From Microcystis aeruginosa NIES-2549 (lineage in GTDB: Bacteria; Cyanobacteriota; Cyanobacteriia; Cyanobacteriales; Microcystaceae): a DNA stretch of 32,000 bases. The notes under the pieces are model-generated. The model worked only from the letters and a program-made list of their open reading frames with translations. It made no database searches and was not told the origin of the DNA. The first letter of the stretch is position 1; each line of letters opens with the position of its first letter. Location: NCBI RefSeq assembly GCF_000981785.2, contig NZ_CP011304.1:120001-152000 (forward strand), in the 5' to 3' direction. The position numbers and the translations under genes were made by a program. Of this stretch, positions 8,320 through 17,660 are shown in pieces.

Positions 8320-9324
8320 TTAGGCAAAAACGCGAGCATCCCGAGGACGAACATAAACTTGTTCCCCGACTTTGAGGTGCAGTTGATCCAGTTGTTCTCG
8401 ATTCAGATGGGCAATCAGGAGAGAGCGATCGGGTAGAATTAATTCCACATCGATGGCCCAACCCAGATGGATAATGCGCTCGACTTTTGCCGCAATACTA
8501 GACCCATTGGGAGAAGAGAGAATTTCTAGGTCGTGGGGACGAATGAAAATCTTGACTCCGTTAGTACCCCCCCCAAGCTGATCGAACAGTGCAGCCGAGG
8601 TTGGTGGTACAACATTCACCCGGCCGATAAAACTCATCACAAAAGCAGAGGCAGGATGATCGTACACCTGATCGGGAGTTCCCACCTGTTCGATTTTACC
8701 CTCATTGAAAATTACGATCTCGTCGGCCACTTCCATGGCTTCCTCTTGGTCGTGGGTGACAAAAACACTGGTGACATGGACCTCCTCGTGTAACTGCCGC
8801 AACCAAACCCGCAGCTCTTTTCTAACTTTGGCATCCAGGGCCCCAAAAGGCTCATCTAATAATAATACTTCCGGTTCCACCGCTAAGGCCCGGGCCAAGG
8901 CAACCCGTTGACGTTGACCCCCGGATAGTTGGGCCGGATAGCGATCGCCTAATCCCTGCAATTGAATTAAACTCAAGAGACTGTCCACTCGTTTTTGAAT
9001 GTAGTCGGGGGCAGCTTTGCGAATATTTAAACCGAAAGCGATATTCTGACGCACCGTCAGGTGTTTAAAAAGCGCATAATGCTGAAAAACAAAGCCAATA
9101 TTCCTTTTTCTGACATTTAAATGGGTTGTGTCTTTGCCGTTGATGATAATTTTGCCTGTGTCGGGGGGTTCTAATCCTGCGATCGCTCTCAGGAGAGTGG
9201 TTTTTCCCGAACCGGACGGCCCCAGCAGTGCCACCAGACGATTCGATTTGATCTCTAGGTTGATCTGGTCTAAAGCGGTAAAGGTGCCGAATTTTTTCGA
9301 TACTTGCTCGATGATGATACTCAC
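8320..9324 (-). CDS. cysA: sulfate/thiosulfate ABC transporter ATP-binding protein CysA
   Basis: 334 aa. It has Walker [10 protein letters not shown], signature [15 protein letters not shown] and Walker [12 protein letters not shown]. It is close to E. coli CysA along its length, including [11 protein letters not shown] and [10 protein letters not shown]. Confidence 0.88.
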   Translation of the reverse strand: MSIIIEQVSKKFGTFTALDQINLEIKSNRLVALLGPSGSGKTTLLRAIAGLEPPDTGKIIINGKDTTHLNVRKRNIGFVFQHYALFKHLTVRQNIAFGLNIRKAAPDYIQKRVDSLLSLIQLQGLGDRYPAQLSGGQRQRVALARALAVEPEVLLLDEPFGALDAKVRKELRVWLRQLHEEVHVTSVFVTHDQEEAMEVADEIVIFNEGKIEQVGTPDQVYDHPASAFVMSFIGRVNVVPPTSAALFDQLGGGTNGVKIFIRPHDLEILSSPNGSSIAAKVERIIHLGWAIDVELILPDRSLLIAHLNREQLDQLHLKVGEQVYVRPRDARVFA

Positions 9325-9609
9325 GGTAGCTAATCCTCTGGCAAAAAAATGTATAGGGTTTGACCGTATTTTAACTATGATTTAATCTCAATCGTATTAA
9401 AATACAATTACATTTTACAAGATAGCAAAAAAATTAAGTTTCGATTCGGGAGATTACTGGTTATAAACAGAGACTAAAAAGATTAAACAGCGATAAAAGC
9501 TTACTATTACTGTTTTTTACTCTTTTAGTCGGTTCTAAAGGCTTAATTAACTAATTTTGTCTCTTAACCACCAGAAACACACCGGAGAAAAGAGACGACT
9601 GAGGCAAAA

Positions 9610-10407
9610 ATGGACTATTCTTTATTGACAATATTTAGCTTTTTTATCGGAATTATCGTGGGATTAACGGGAATTGGCGGTTCATCCCTGATTACACCCC
9701 TATTGATCTTTGTATTTCAGGTTCCCGCTACCACCGCAGTGGGTTCCGATGTGGTCGCAGCCGGGTTGATGAAAGTGGTCGGCACTGTTCGTCACTGGCA
9801 ACAGCAAACGATCGAATTAGAAGTGGTAAAATGGCTAGTAATTGGCAGTGTACCCGGTTCTCTGTTAGGATTAGTCGGTTTTCGCTATTTTCAGCAGAAT
9901 AGCTCCCTCAATCTCGATCAATGGTTGCCTCCTATCATCGGTCTTGTCTTGATGATCGTGACTGTCCTAGCGGCCCTAGAACTACTAATCTCCTTATTTT
10001 TTCCCGATTTGTCCCCTTGGTCCTGGCCAAAATTAGATTTAACCACTCGCTCTGGTCAGATAAAAACAACGATATTAGGAGCAGTTTTAGGCTATTTGGT
10101 CGGTTTAACCAGTATTTCCAGTGGTTCCTTATTTGCATTGGTCTTGATGACCTTTTTTCACCTTGATTCTCGCAAATTAGTCGGTACAGATCTATCGCAA
10201 GCGTCCATCCTCTTAACCTGTACTTCCATTGGTCATCTGGGATTAGGAACGGTAGATTGGAATCTGGTACTTCCTATCTGGTTGGGTGGAATACCGGGGG
10301 TAGTAGTGGGAGCAAGATTATCGGAATATTTCCCCAAAAATGCCCTAAAAATACTGCTTTATACGGTTCTAGTCACGGTCAGTTGGCGCTTACTCCAATC
10401 GACCTAA
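9610..10407 (+). CDS. TauE/SafE (TSUP, DUF81) family anion permease
   Basis: 265 aa and polytopic. It has an N-terminal GLTGIGGSSLITPLL motif and an internal repeat typical of the TSUP family. Confidence 0.8.
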   Translation: MDYSLLTIFSFFIGIIVGLTGIGGSSLITPLLIFVFQVPATTAVGSDVVAAGLMKVVGTVRHWQQQTIELEVVKWLVIGSVPGSLLGLVGFRYFQQNSSLNLDQWLPPIIGLVLMIVTVLAALELLISLFFPDLSPWSWPKLDLTTRSGQIKTTILGAVLGYLVGLTSISSGSLFALVLMTFFHLDSRKLVGTDLSQASILLTCTSIGHLGLGTVDWNLVLPIWLGGIPGVVVGARLSEYFPKNALKILLYTVLVTVSWRLLQST

Positions 10408-10417
10408 TCCCCAGAGT

Positions 10418-10852
10418 TCACTCGAAGGTCATCATACTACCCATCAACAGATCGGGACTGGTGGCGACAAAATAGATAATTCCCGCACCGAGAATAACGA
10501 TCGCTAAACTAAATAGTAGCACCCATCGATCGGCTGGTTCGTAGGTATCTTCATCTATATCTCGTCTGACTGTAAAATAATGGGCTGTGGTCAAAAATAC
10601 GGTCAATAAACCCACTAAAGCAAACATTAAGCCTAATTTCCAACCATAACCGGGCCGGGGAACCAGAGGAGGATGAAAGGCCCGTAAGCGCAGGATAACC
10701 ATACCAAAACCCATTAATGCGATCGCCGTTCGCATCCAAGACAGATAGGTGCGTTCATTGGCCAGATGATCGCGGACTCGATTGGGATTGACTTTTTTCG
10801 GTGTAATGCTGGTCTTGCTTTCCGTCACTGGCGATTTGAGAAAAAATAACAT
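10418..10852 (-). CDS. DUF202 (YidH-like) membrane protein
   Basis: 144 aa. It has the ANERTYLSWMRTAIAL motif followed by three hydrophobic helices. Confidence 0.7.
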   Translation of the reverse strand: MLFFLKSPVTESKTSITPKKVNPNRVRDHLANERTYLSWMRTAIALMGFGMVILRLRAFHPPLVPRPGYGWKLGLMFALVGLLTVFLTTAHYFTVRRDIDEDTYEPADRWVLLFSLAIVILGAGIIYFVATSPDLLMGSMMTFE

Positions 10853-10935
10853 GATCGAGATGGCTAGGGGTCAGTTTCAAGGGGAGCGCTTGATAAGATG
10901 ATGTTATTCTATGGCACTTGAGTTATAGATGGTAT

Positions 10936-10963
10936 GGAAAAAATCTAAAATCTCTTTTTAGAT
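10936..10963 (-). terminator. putative rho-independent terminator of the CadD-like gene
   Basis: On the minus strand, an ATCTAAAA/TTTTAGAT 8-bp stem with a 5-nt loop is followed by a T6 run, about 20 nt after the stop at 10985. The stem is AT-rich, so it is weak. Confidence 0.4.
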
Positions 10964-10984
10964 GTATTTGTATTGAATCAAAAA

Positions 10985-11668
10985 TCAAATAGATTCTGCT
11001 TGCTGCTGGAAAAGCGCCCATCCATAGCTTAAGGATAGGGCCAAGACAGCCAGGGGAAGACTTTCCTTGATTATAAATACACCCAAACCGATCAACACAC
11101 AGGGGACAAAGTGGCTGCCGTGACTGGTAATTAAATTAGCGATCGCTGGTAATTTAGTCAACTGATGAGCAGTAAAACACCAAACACCCACCAAGATCAG
11201 AAAAACGCTGACGATAGTGACTAAATTTTGCCAAGTATTACTAGCAAACAGCGGCAGATAAATCCCTATATTATCACTGCCATTGGCGATGGTAATTGCC
11301 GCCACAGCGCAGGTTTGAGGGGAAAACCAGGCCAGCAAAGGAGAAGACGGTGCCGATCCTACAGCCATCTCCAGAGGATTATCCGTCTCGGTTTCTTCTC
11401 GCTGCCAGAGACTCCGAATCCCGAAAATCACCGGTAACAGACCGAGAAAACGAATCCACTGAGCCGGAATCAAGAAACTCCCGAAAAAGCCAGTTAAACT
11501 CGCCAAAATCAGCAGGATAAAGCCTAAATACTGACCGATAACGATATGACGACGGCGAAAAAGTTTATTGACCTGGGCGAAAAGAATCGTCAAAATCAGG
11601 ATGTCATCGAGATTAGTGGCAATAAAGGCCGCTATTGCTGTGGATATGGCAGTAATCATGGTAGTCAT
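10985..11668 (-). CDS. CadD-family (cadmium resistance transporter-like) membrane protein
   Basis: It has an N-terminal ATNLDDILILTILFAQ motif and multiple TM helices. I moved the start to ATG 11668 (MTTMITA...) because the 26 upstream codons of the track ORF are hydrophilic and AAGGAAAAA precedes this ATG. Confidence 0.62.
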   Translation of the reverse strand: MTTMITAISTAIAAFIATNLDDILILTILFAQVNKLFRRRHIVIGQYLGFILLILASLTGFFGSFLIPAQWIRFLGLLPVIFGIRSLWQREETETDNPLEMAVGSAPSSPLLAWFSPQTCAVAAITIANGSDNIGIYLPLFASNTWQNLVTIVSVFLILVGVWCFTAHQLTKLPAIANLITSHGSHFVPCVLIGLGVFIIKESLPLAVLALSLSYGWALFQQQAESI

Positions 11669-11739
11669 AGGATTTTTTTCCTTAATCGGGTCTTCTGATC
11701 TCGATCGCCCTACTTCTACTCTAGAAAGAGCCATTAATA

Positions 11740-11766
11740 AAATCAAATATTCTTTCTTGTTGATTT
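11740..11766. promoter_or_regulatory. interrupted dyad AAATCAA-N13-TTGATTT in the LysR/CadD-like divergent intergenic region
   Basis: The dyad is read directly. Its location between a LysR gene and its divergent neighbour fits the usual LysR autoregulatory layout, but a role as operator is inference. Confidence 0.25.
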
Positions 11767-11815
11767 AATAAATTAAAATGATGGAAAGACCAATAGAGAC
11801 GGAAAACCCATTGCC

Positions 11816-12736
11816 ATGGCCAGAATGACCCTAGATCAACTGGAAATCTTTCTAGCGACTGCTGAACATCTCCACTTCACCAAAGCAGCAGAAGCTTTAT
11901 ATATCACCCAACCGGCCGTCAGTGCCGCCATTGCCTCCCTAGAAAATGAATACGGGGTGAAATTATTCCACCGCGTCGGTCGTCACATCGAGATCACGGA
12001 AACAGGACGTTTACTGCAATTAGAAGCGCAACGCATTCTCACCCAGGTAACTTTGACAGAAAGGGGATTGGCGGAATTCAACGACTTGCAACGGGGAGAA
12101 CTACAATTAGGATCGAGTTTGACTATTGGTAACTATTGGCTGCCGGCAAAAATTAGCGATTTTCAGGAGCGCTATCCAGCAATTAAGATCAATTGCACCC
12201 TAGCTAATACGGAAGAAATCTGTCTGGGTACGGCTAACGGACGTTTTGACCTAGCATTAATCGAGGGAGAAGTCAAGAGTGATTTAACACATTGTTTAGA
12301 ACAGGAGATCGTCGGCAGCGATCGCCTATTAATCATTGTCGGACGTTCTCATCCCTGGTATAAAAGAGAGGCGATCGAATTGCCGGAATTAGTGGAAACC
12401 CCTTGGGTAATGCGAGAATCAGGATCGGGAACTCAACAAAGATTCGAGGAAGCACTACGGAATTGGGGCATCGATTTACGCACATTAAAGGTGACTTTGC
12501 TGTTAAATACGGGAGAAATGGTGAAAGCAATCATCGAGAATAGTTCGGCAGCTGCCGGCATTTCCGAATTAATGGTTCAAAAGGAATTAGAATTAGGCAC
12601 ATTGCGATCGATTCGAGTCATCGATACTTCCGGTTTATACCCTCGTTATCTCGAATTTATGCGCCCTTTTTTAAAAATAAAACACCGTCAGCGCTTTCAA
12701 CCCCGCGTCTGTCAAGTTTTCGAGCAGATGTTGTAA
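11816..12736 (+). CDS. LysR-family transcriptional regulator
   Basis: 306 aa. It has an N-terminal wHTH (FTKAAEALYITQPAVSAAIASLE) and a C-terminal substrate-binding domain. It is divergent from the CadD-like gene. Confidence 0.9.
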   Translation: MARMTLDQLEIFLATAEHLHFTKAAEALYITQPAVSAAIASLENEYGVKLFHRVGRHIEITETGRLLQLEAQRILTQVTLTERGLAEFNDLQRGELQLGSSLTIGNYWLPAKISDFQERYPAIKINCTLANTEEICLGTANGRFDLALIEGEVKSDLTHCLEQEIVGSDRLLIIVGRSHPWYKREAIELPELVETPWVMRESGSGTQQRFEEALRNWGIDLRTLKVTLLLNTGEMVKAIIENSSAAAGISELMVQKELELGTLRSIRVIDTSGLYPRYLEFMRPFLKIKHRQRFQPRVCQVFEQML

Positions 12737-12873
12737 TCTGATAGCAATCACCGAAAATTAACTAGAGCAAAAATAAAGATATGTAGGGGAAATTATTTTT
12801 GGCAAAAGAGATGGGGAACGAGGTAATATAAATCTCTCCTTTTAACTCTCAAAAATTGTCATCTATAATATTT

Positions 12874-13215
12874 TTAGCCGACAAGTTCTTGGGCTTTCTG
12901 AGAAAGAACCTCATCCATCCAAGCATTGATACTTTTACCTTTTTTAGTTGCTGCTAAATAGATTTTACGATGAATTTCGGGGGTTGTTTGATAAGGTAGC
13001 TTTCCTGAAAAAGGTTGATCGGGTTCTTCTCCTAATTCTTGGCAAAATTCTAGATAGTCATCAACAGATTCATGAAAACACTGTACAGCTTCTTCAATAG
13101 TTTTGCCGTGAAAAGTAATCACATCTTTAATGTCAATGACGATTCCAGAGATCAGATTATCGTCAAAGTCAATTTCAAATTTACCTGTATATCCTTTATA
13201 AGTTGTGGTGTACAT
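12874..13215 (-). CDS. hicB: HicB-family antitoxin (N-terminal HicB fold plus C-terminal RHH-like tail)
   Basis: YKGYTGKFEIDFDDNLISGIVIDIKDVITFHGKTIEEAVQCFHESVDDYLEFCQELGEEPDQPFSGKLPYQTTPEIHRKIYLAATKKGKSINAW matches the canonical HicB pattern. I took the start at ATG 13215 (the track uses an upstream TTG). Confidence 0.8.
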   Translation of the reverse strand: MYTTTYKGYTGKFEIDFDDNLISGIVIDIKDVITFHGKTIEEAVQCFHESVDDYLEFCQELGEEPDQPFSGKLPYQTTPEIHRKIYLAATKKGKSINAWMDEVLSQKAQELVG

Positions 13216-13256
13216 AGTTTTTGTTTCTCTCAATAAATAATCAATAATTGAGGCAA

Positions 13257-13339
13257 TTAAATGATATTAGCATTTTCTAAAAAGAGGCGTATATCCTTGT
13301 CTGAATTGCATTCAGAACTCGCTGTTGCTTTTTGTTCAT
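13257..13339 (-). pseudogene. possible hicA toxin remnant (frameshifted and truncated)
   Basis: The minus-strand ATG at 13339 gives MNKKQQRVLNAIQTRIYASF*. A +1 shift continues as KDIRLFLENANII*. This resembles HicA N termini (M-x-SK-x-RKTLEAIF...I-x-W-x-DIE-x-L) but covers only about 35 of 60-80 aa. Confidence 0.3.
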
Positions 13340-13468
13340 TGAGTAAGGTTCAGTAACTTTTTTTCGTATTATATCAGTATTTTTAGAAAAAGGAAGACTC
13401 TCCACGGTATTATTTAATCTATTAATAGGATTGGTTTGAACCCTTTACTTGTAATGCTGATTCTTTTT

Positions 13469-16400
13469 TCACTCTCTCCCTTCAATAATTTTAATTTCTT
13501 CCTCGCTTAATCCATAGAGTTTATAAACAATTATATCGATTAATTCATCGGTGGCGCTTAATTGTTGTTTTAGGGGCAACAGTTTATCTAGACTGGTTTG
13601 ATATTCTTTTTCTAGGGTTTCCTGTATTTGACGATCTAGCAAGTTAACGCTAATTTTCTTTTTGTTCTTTTTCAGTATCTCCCACAGTTGATCGCAGCTA
13701 AGATGAGGTTCGCTTTTTTGGTAGTCACCGAGATAGTTTTGGATTTTTGATTTGTTGGTTAAATTATCGATCGCACTGCCGATTATTCTCTCTAAATATC
13801 TTAAAAAGCTTTTGATTTCTTTTTGTTTTTCCCGATTTATCTCGATCATCTGTTCTGCTAAGTAGGCCAGAATATCATGGACTATATCGGTTTCCTCTCT
13901 CCTAATATGTTCCTCGATTTCTTTTAATATCTCTTGCTTTTCTTGATAACTTTTGATAAGTTTCTCTAAACTCTGTTGACGGTGATCGCTATTAGTGCTA
14001 AAAGATATTTTTCGGATGGGGATATTCTCCATGTATTGACCAAAAAATCTTAATCTACCTTGCTTCTCTGTATCCCCCAATACAGCACTGTTTTGAGACA
14101 TATAAAAGAAAATTAAGCTGGAATTTAAAAGAGCTAGTAAATAATAACTTTGGCTAGGAATTAAATAGGTAGTATTGATTGAGTAAAAGCCATTATTATC
14201 TAAAGTAAAGCGCGATTCTTTAGCAATATCTGGATATATAATTTTAGGTTTTTCAAAAATATCGTAATAAGTGCAAGGTCTTAATTCCCACCAAAACTGT
14301 CCTTGATCACATCGTTTTCTAGCTTTTTCTGCAAAACCCTCAAGATGTTTAGTAAGAGAAGGGTATAATGAAGAAAGATAATTCCAAGCTAATTTTTCCT
14401 GATCTGTATCTATTTTTTGTTTTGTCCATCCCCAGGGAATCAATAATAAATATAAGTCCCGATTCTTGATTTCATATTTCCTTAAATCATCTCCTACTAT
14501 TAAAGACTTGATAAATTGTTGATTGTTTGGGTCGGTTTTTACTAAATATTCTTTGATATTTTTGTCAATCACAAATGCTTCGTTACATCCTGTTTTAATT
14601 CCCAGATAAATCTGATTGTTTACATATTCACTCAGAAAAACAGCTTTTTTTTGTAATTTTTCGACAATTGTAGCAATCTGATTTTTAGCTAAAGACCAAC
14701 CTTCCACAGACAAGCTATTTTCACATACATAATATGACAGATCATTAATCACATCAATTAAACTATTGAATTTGAGAGACTTAATCTTTGATACTAAAAC
14801 ATTTTGTTGACCTACAATATTATTTTCAATCAGTAGAATAGATGGAAAAGTTGCCGCTTCCGAAAAAACAGGCAATTCTCCAAAATCGATAATTTCTTTT
14901 ATAGTTGTTTGCTGGGTTAGAAATTGTCTTAATTTCGTTCCATAATTAGCACGCATAAATTTATTTGATATAATCAAACCCAAGTGACCTCCTTGCTGTA
15001 AGGATAGTAACCCCATTTCGACAAAATAAACGTATAAATCGGCAACTCCATGAAAAGATTGATAATTTTCTTTTAGAAAGGGTTTAATATCTTTTAATCC
15101 TTCTTGTCGAACATAAGGAGGATTACCGATTACTGCATCAAAACCGGGGTTATCCTTCCAAGAAGCGGAATCAAGATCGATAAAAACTTCGGGAAATTCC
15201 AGATCCCAATGAAAAAAGCGCTTACTTTTATATAAACTAGCTGCCTGGTCTAAAATTCCTTGATCTGATCGGGGTAACTTATCCCAATTAATTGCCGATA
15301 TATTACCACCGTAGCGCTGCAGAAACTCGATAGCAGTTTTAACCCCAAAAAAGCGAGAAAGGAAAACATCTAATAAACGCTTGTAGGGTTTAGCTTGACT
15401 ATCAAAATCACGGAATAACTGTTCACTTGCTTCCACTTCGGCAAAAGTCGCATCGCTGAGGGTACTAATTCCCCGCATAATTTCTGCTGCCCGAAGCAAC
15501 CCAACAAAAGGGCCCGTTAAAAGAGTTAATTGACCACCTTCCTCCTCAATCATAGCGGCTTCTGCATCCTTGGCGGTAGTTCCGATCAGAGAATTACCAC
15601 AACGTAAATGATGATCCAAAAAACTCAAAGGTGCGCCCACTGTGAAAGAATGTAACCAGAGACTAACCTTGGCCAATTCTACGGCCATCGGATTGATATC
15701 CACCCCATAAATACAGCGCTTCATCACCACTCTCTGTAATAATTGCGTTGGTTCAAGGGTGGGAGAATCGAGAATAATTCCCTGTTGTCGGAGATTGTCG
15801 ATAATGTTTTGTCGGGTGGTTTCCAACATGGTTAAAACGGGATTATCTTCGGGATAAAGATTGAGAATCTGGATTAACTCATCGGTGAGATAGTCCACTG
15901 CTTCTACTAAAAAATGTCCGCTTCCCATGGCGGGGTCACAGAGTTTAAGATCAAGTAAGGTGGTGATCGCTTTTTTTTCTAAGCGTTGTAGCTCTTTTTC
16001 TAATCCCTGCTGACTGAGATTTCCTAAACGTCTATCGCTGCTTTCTTGTCTTCGGGTGGCGATTTCTGTCATCACATCCCCGAACTGTCGCGCTCTTTGC
16101 TCTAAAATTGGTTTGAGGGTATGACTGACAATATATTTAACAATATAATCGGGAGTGTAATAGGAACCGGTGGCTTTTCTTTCTCCCCGATCATTTTCCA
16201 GATGCACCGATTCCCCCTCAATCACGATGCGATATTCCAGTAATCCCTCGTAAATTGATCCTAACTGTCGCACACCTAAAAAACTATAGTCGATCGGCTG
16301 TCCCTCAAAACGTGCTAACTTGTCTAGGATGGGCGCTAAAACCGCATCGGATAACTTATATTGACCGAGAAAACAATTCACCCGGCCTTCTTCCATGTCA

Positions 16401-17461
16401 AATAAACCCCCGTTGTAACGAGGTACGGCTAAATTAGCATCCCCTCGATCGACAATGCGAAATAAACTGAGGAGAGCATCATATATTCCCGTCGAGGTGC
16501 CACTAAAGACCTGCTGACGATCGATTTTAACGGCAATTTCTCGCGTCTTTTGCAATAAGCTGTAATCGCGATAGTCTCCCCTCACCGGCAGCAAGTCCCG
16601 CGCTTCTGCGTAGAGCAGAAATAATAATTTATACAGCAGGGATAAACTCGCCTCATACAATAAATCTGGCTGTATGTCTGTATTTAATGATACAAAACCT
16701 TGAGAAATATCGGGAAAAATGCGATCGAAGACTAACTCTTTTAACTCGTTACCCACTCTGGTGGCATAGGTGGTACTCCCCTCCCGGACCCGTTCAAGGA
16801 AATTCTGACCGTGAATATCCTTAATAAAAGCCTCTTGACGGAAAAATAACCAGAAATACGGAAATTTTTGCCGGTCTCCCCCTTCTAATAGTTCCATCAA
16901 GTCCACTAGATAAAATTCCGTGGCTGTGGAGGACGCTTGACGGTAATATAAGCGCCATTCTCGACCATTAGTGAGAATACCCCAATCTACTCCCGTCCCC
17001 GTCAGATAATTGGTGATCTGAAAGGAAGGATTACTATTTTTCCAGATATCTCGCTGATCATTCTTAGAAACGTCACTAAGAGAACGTTGCCAGTATTTGG
17101 CCTCAGCGATCGCTAAAACTTGACTATAAAAGGCTCTTTCATTATTCTGGAGAGCATAGGCTTGATAACGGTCATTTTCTGTGGCAAATAGGGCATAATC
17201 TGGCCTTTCTGACCTTCCTTTTCCCCTACTGCTTACTTGTGGTATATAACTAAAACCGAGAATTTCTAGAATCGGTTGTATTAATTCTGCTTCCGTTTGC
17301 GCTTCGTTAAGAGTCGGCAAAATCGCCTTTTTTTGTTGATAAAGACTCTCTAAGCGGGAAAATGCCACCGATACATCCTCTTGCCATTCCCCAGAATCCG
17401 GCAGCCGATGCTCAAGATAGTGTTGAGAAAAAAGTGGTTTATTGCTTGCTTGTCCTGACAT
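13469..17461 (-). CDS. type IIG restriction-modification enzyme (PD-ExK nuclease, N6-adenine gamma-class methyltransferase and TaqI-like specificity domain in one chain; Eco57I family)
   Basis: About 1330 aa. The N-terminal nuclease motif is RPDYALF...LAIAEAKYW (D...ExK), followed by WGILTNGREWRLY. The SAM motif is DPAMGSGHFLVEA and the catalytic motif is VIGNPPYVRQE. The C-terminal helical tail ends VYKLYGLSEEEIKIIEG. The likely start is ATG 17461 (the track uses TTG 17467). Confidence 0.85.
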   Translation of the reverse strand: MSGQASNKPLFSQHYLEHRLPDSGEWQEDVSVAFSRLESLYQQKKAILPTLNEAQTEAELIQPILEILGFSYIPQVSSRGKGRSERPDYALFATENDRYQAYALQNNERAFYSQVLAIAEAKYWQRSLSDVSKNDQRDIWKNSNPSFQITNYLTGTGVDWGILTNGREWRLYYRQASSTATEFYLVDLMELLEGGDRQKFPYFWLFFRQEAFIKDIHGQNFLERVREGSTTYATRVGNELKELVFDRIFPDISQGFVSLNTDIQPDLLYEASLSLLYKLLFLLYAEARDLLPVRGDYRDYSLLQKTREIAVKIDRQQVFSGTSTGIYDALLSLFRIVDRGDANLAVPRYNGGLFDMEEGRVNCFLGQYKLSDAVLAPILDKLARFEGQPIDYSFLGVRQLGSIYEGLLEYRIVIEGESVHLENDRGERKATGSYYTPDYIVKYIVSHTLKPILEQRARQFGDVMTEIATRRQESSDRRLGNLSQQGLEKELQRLEKKAITTLLDLKLCDPAMGSGHFLVEAVDYLTDELIQILNLYPEDNPVLTMLETTRQNIIDNLRQQGIILDSPTLEPTQLLQRVVMKRCIYGVDINPMAVELAKVSLWLHSFTVGAPLSFLDHHLRCGNSLIGTTAKDAEAAMIEEEGGQLTLLTGPFVGLLRAAEIMRGISTLSDATFAEVEASEQLFRDFDSQAKPYKRLLDVFLSRFFGVKTAIEFLQRYGGNISAINWDKLPRSDQGILDQAASLYKSKRFFHWDLEFPEVFIDLDSASWKDNPGFDAVIGNPPYVRQEGLKDIKPFLKENYQSFHGVADLYVYFVEMGLLSLQQGGHLGLIISNKFMRANYGTKLRQFLTQQTTIKEIIDFGELPVFSEAATFPSILLIENNIVGQQNVLVSKIKSLKFNSLIDVINDLSYYVCENSLSVEGWSLAKNQIATIVEKLQKKAVFLSEYVNNQIYLGIKTGCNEAFVIDKNIKEYLVKTDPNNQQFIKSLIVGDDLRKYEIKNRDLYLLLIPWGWTKQKIDTDQEKLAWNYLSSLYPSLTKHLEGFAEKARKRCDQGQFWWELRPCTYYDIFEKPKIIYPDIAKESRFTLDNNGFYSINTTYLIPSQSYYLLALLNSSLIFFYMSQNSAVLGDTEKQGRLRFFGQYMENIPIRKISFSTNSDHRQQSLEKLIKSYQEKQEILKEIEEHIRREETDIVHDILAYLAEQMIEINREKQKEIKSFLRYLERIIGSAIDNLTNKSKIQNYLGDYQKSEPHLSCDQLWEILKKNKKKISVNLLDRQIQETLEKEYQTSLDKLLPLKQQLSATDELIDIIVYKLYGLSEEEIKIIEGRE

Positions 17462-17485
17462 GGGCAATTATCCTAACATTGAGGG

Positions 17486-17615
17486 TATCTAGCCTAAAAA
17501 TGAAGGGTTCGCAGGCAGGCACGGATTCCCATTATACAAAAAGTATATGTCAAGTCTCCGATTTTGTCAAGGGTTTTGGCCAAAAAAATCGCCAAGACTT
17601 ACCACAGCCGTAGGT
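17486..17615. repeat. direct repeat copy 1 (108-nt intergenic module plus a 22-nt remnant of the iscA 3' end)
   Basis: 17486-17593 equals 17997-18105 except for one C/T change and an A7 vs A8 run. 17594-17615 matches 18158-18179 at 20 of 22 positions. Confidence 0.9.
17542..17570 (-). promoter_or_regulatory. near-consensus sigma70-type promoter (TTGACA-17 nt-TATACT, with TATAAT 5 nt downstream) for the R-M gene
   Basis: The minus strand reads cTTGACAaaatcggagacttgacaTATACTttttgTATAAT. It lies about 75-85 nt upstream of ATG 17461. Confidence 0.6.
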
Positions 17616-17660
17616 ATAATAATGGGGATAAAAATTAAAATCCTTGGTAGTCACCGATGA

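Noticed and set aside
8533-9385. Three + strand ORFs (8533..8793, 8705..8911, 9128..9385) inside cysA. Similar antisense or alternate-frame ORFs occur inside recG (3546..3779), the coiled-coil gene (4480..4743), hypB (6988..7179), TauE (9921..10166, 9935..10138, 10257..10475), the CadD-like gene (11228.., 11296.., 11568..), the R-M gene (16255..16437), tnpB (19199.., 19862..), the oxidoreductase (23916..), ferredoxin (25817.., 25837..), the antiporter (28279.., 28309.., 28531.., 28957.., 29353..) and the sugar transferase (31112.., 31118..).
   Set aside because: Each lies wholly within, or antisense to, a much longer ORF with clear family motifs. Their products are low-complexity or Arg/Ser/Pro-rich, as expected for shadow frames.
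13469-17467. Whether the 1330-aa NPPY methyltransferase is a BREX PglX.
   Set aside because: No brxA/B/C, pglZ or brxL-like ORFs are adjacent. The N terminus carries a readable PD...ExK nuclease motif, which fits a stand-alone type IIG enzyme better. A profile search is still needed to be sure.
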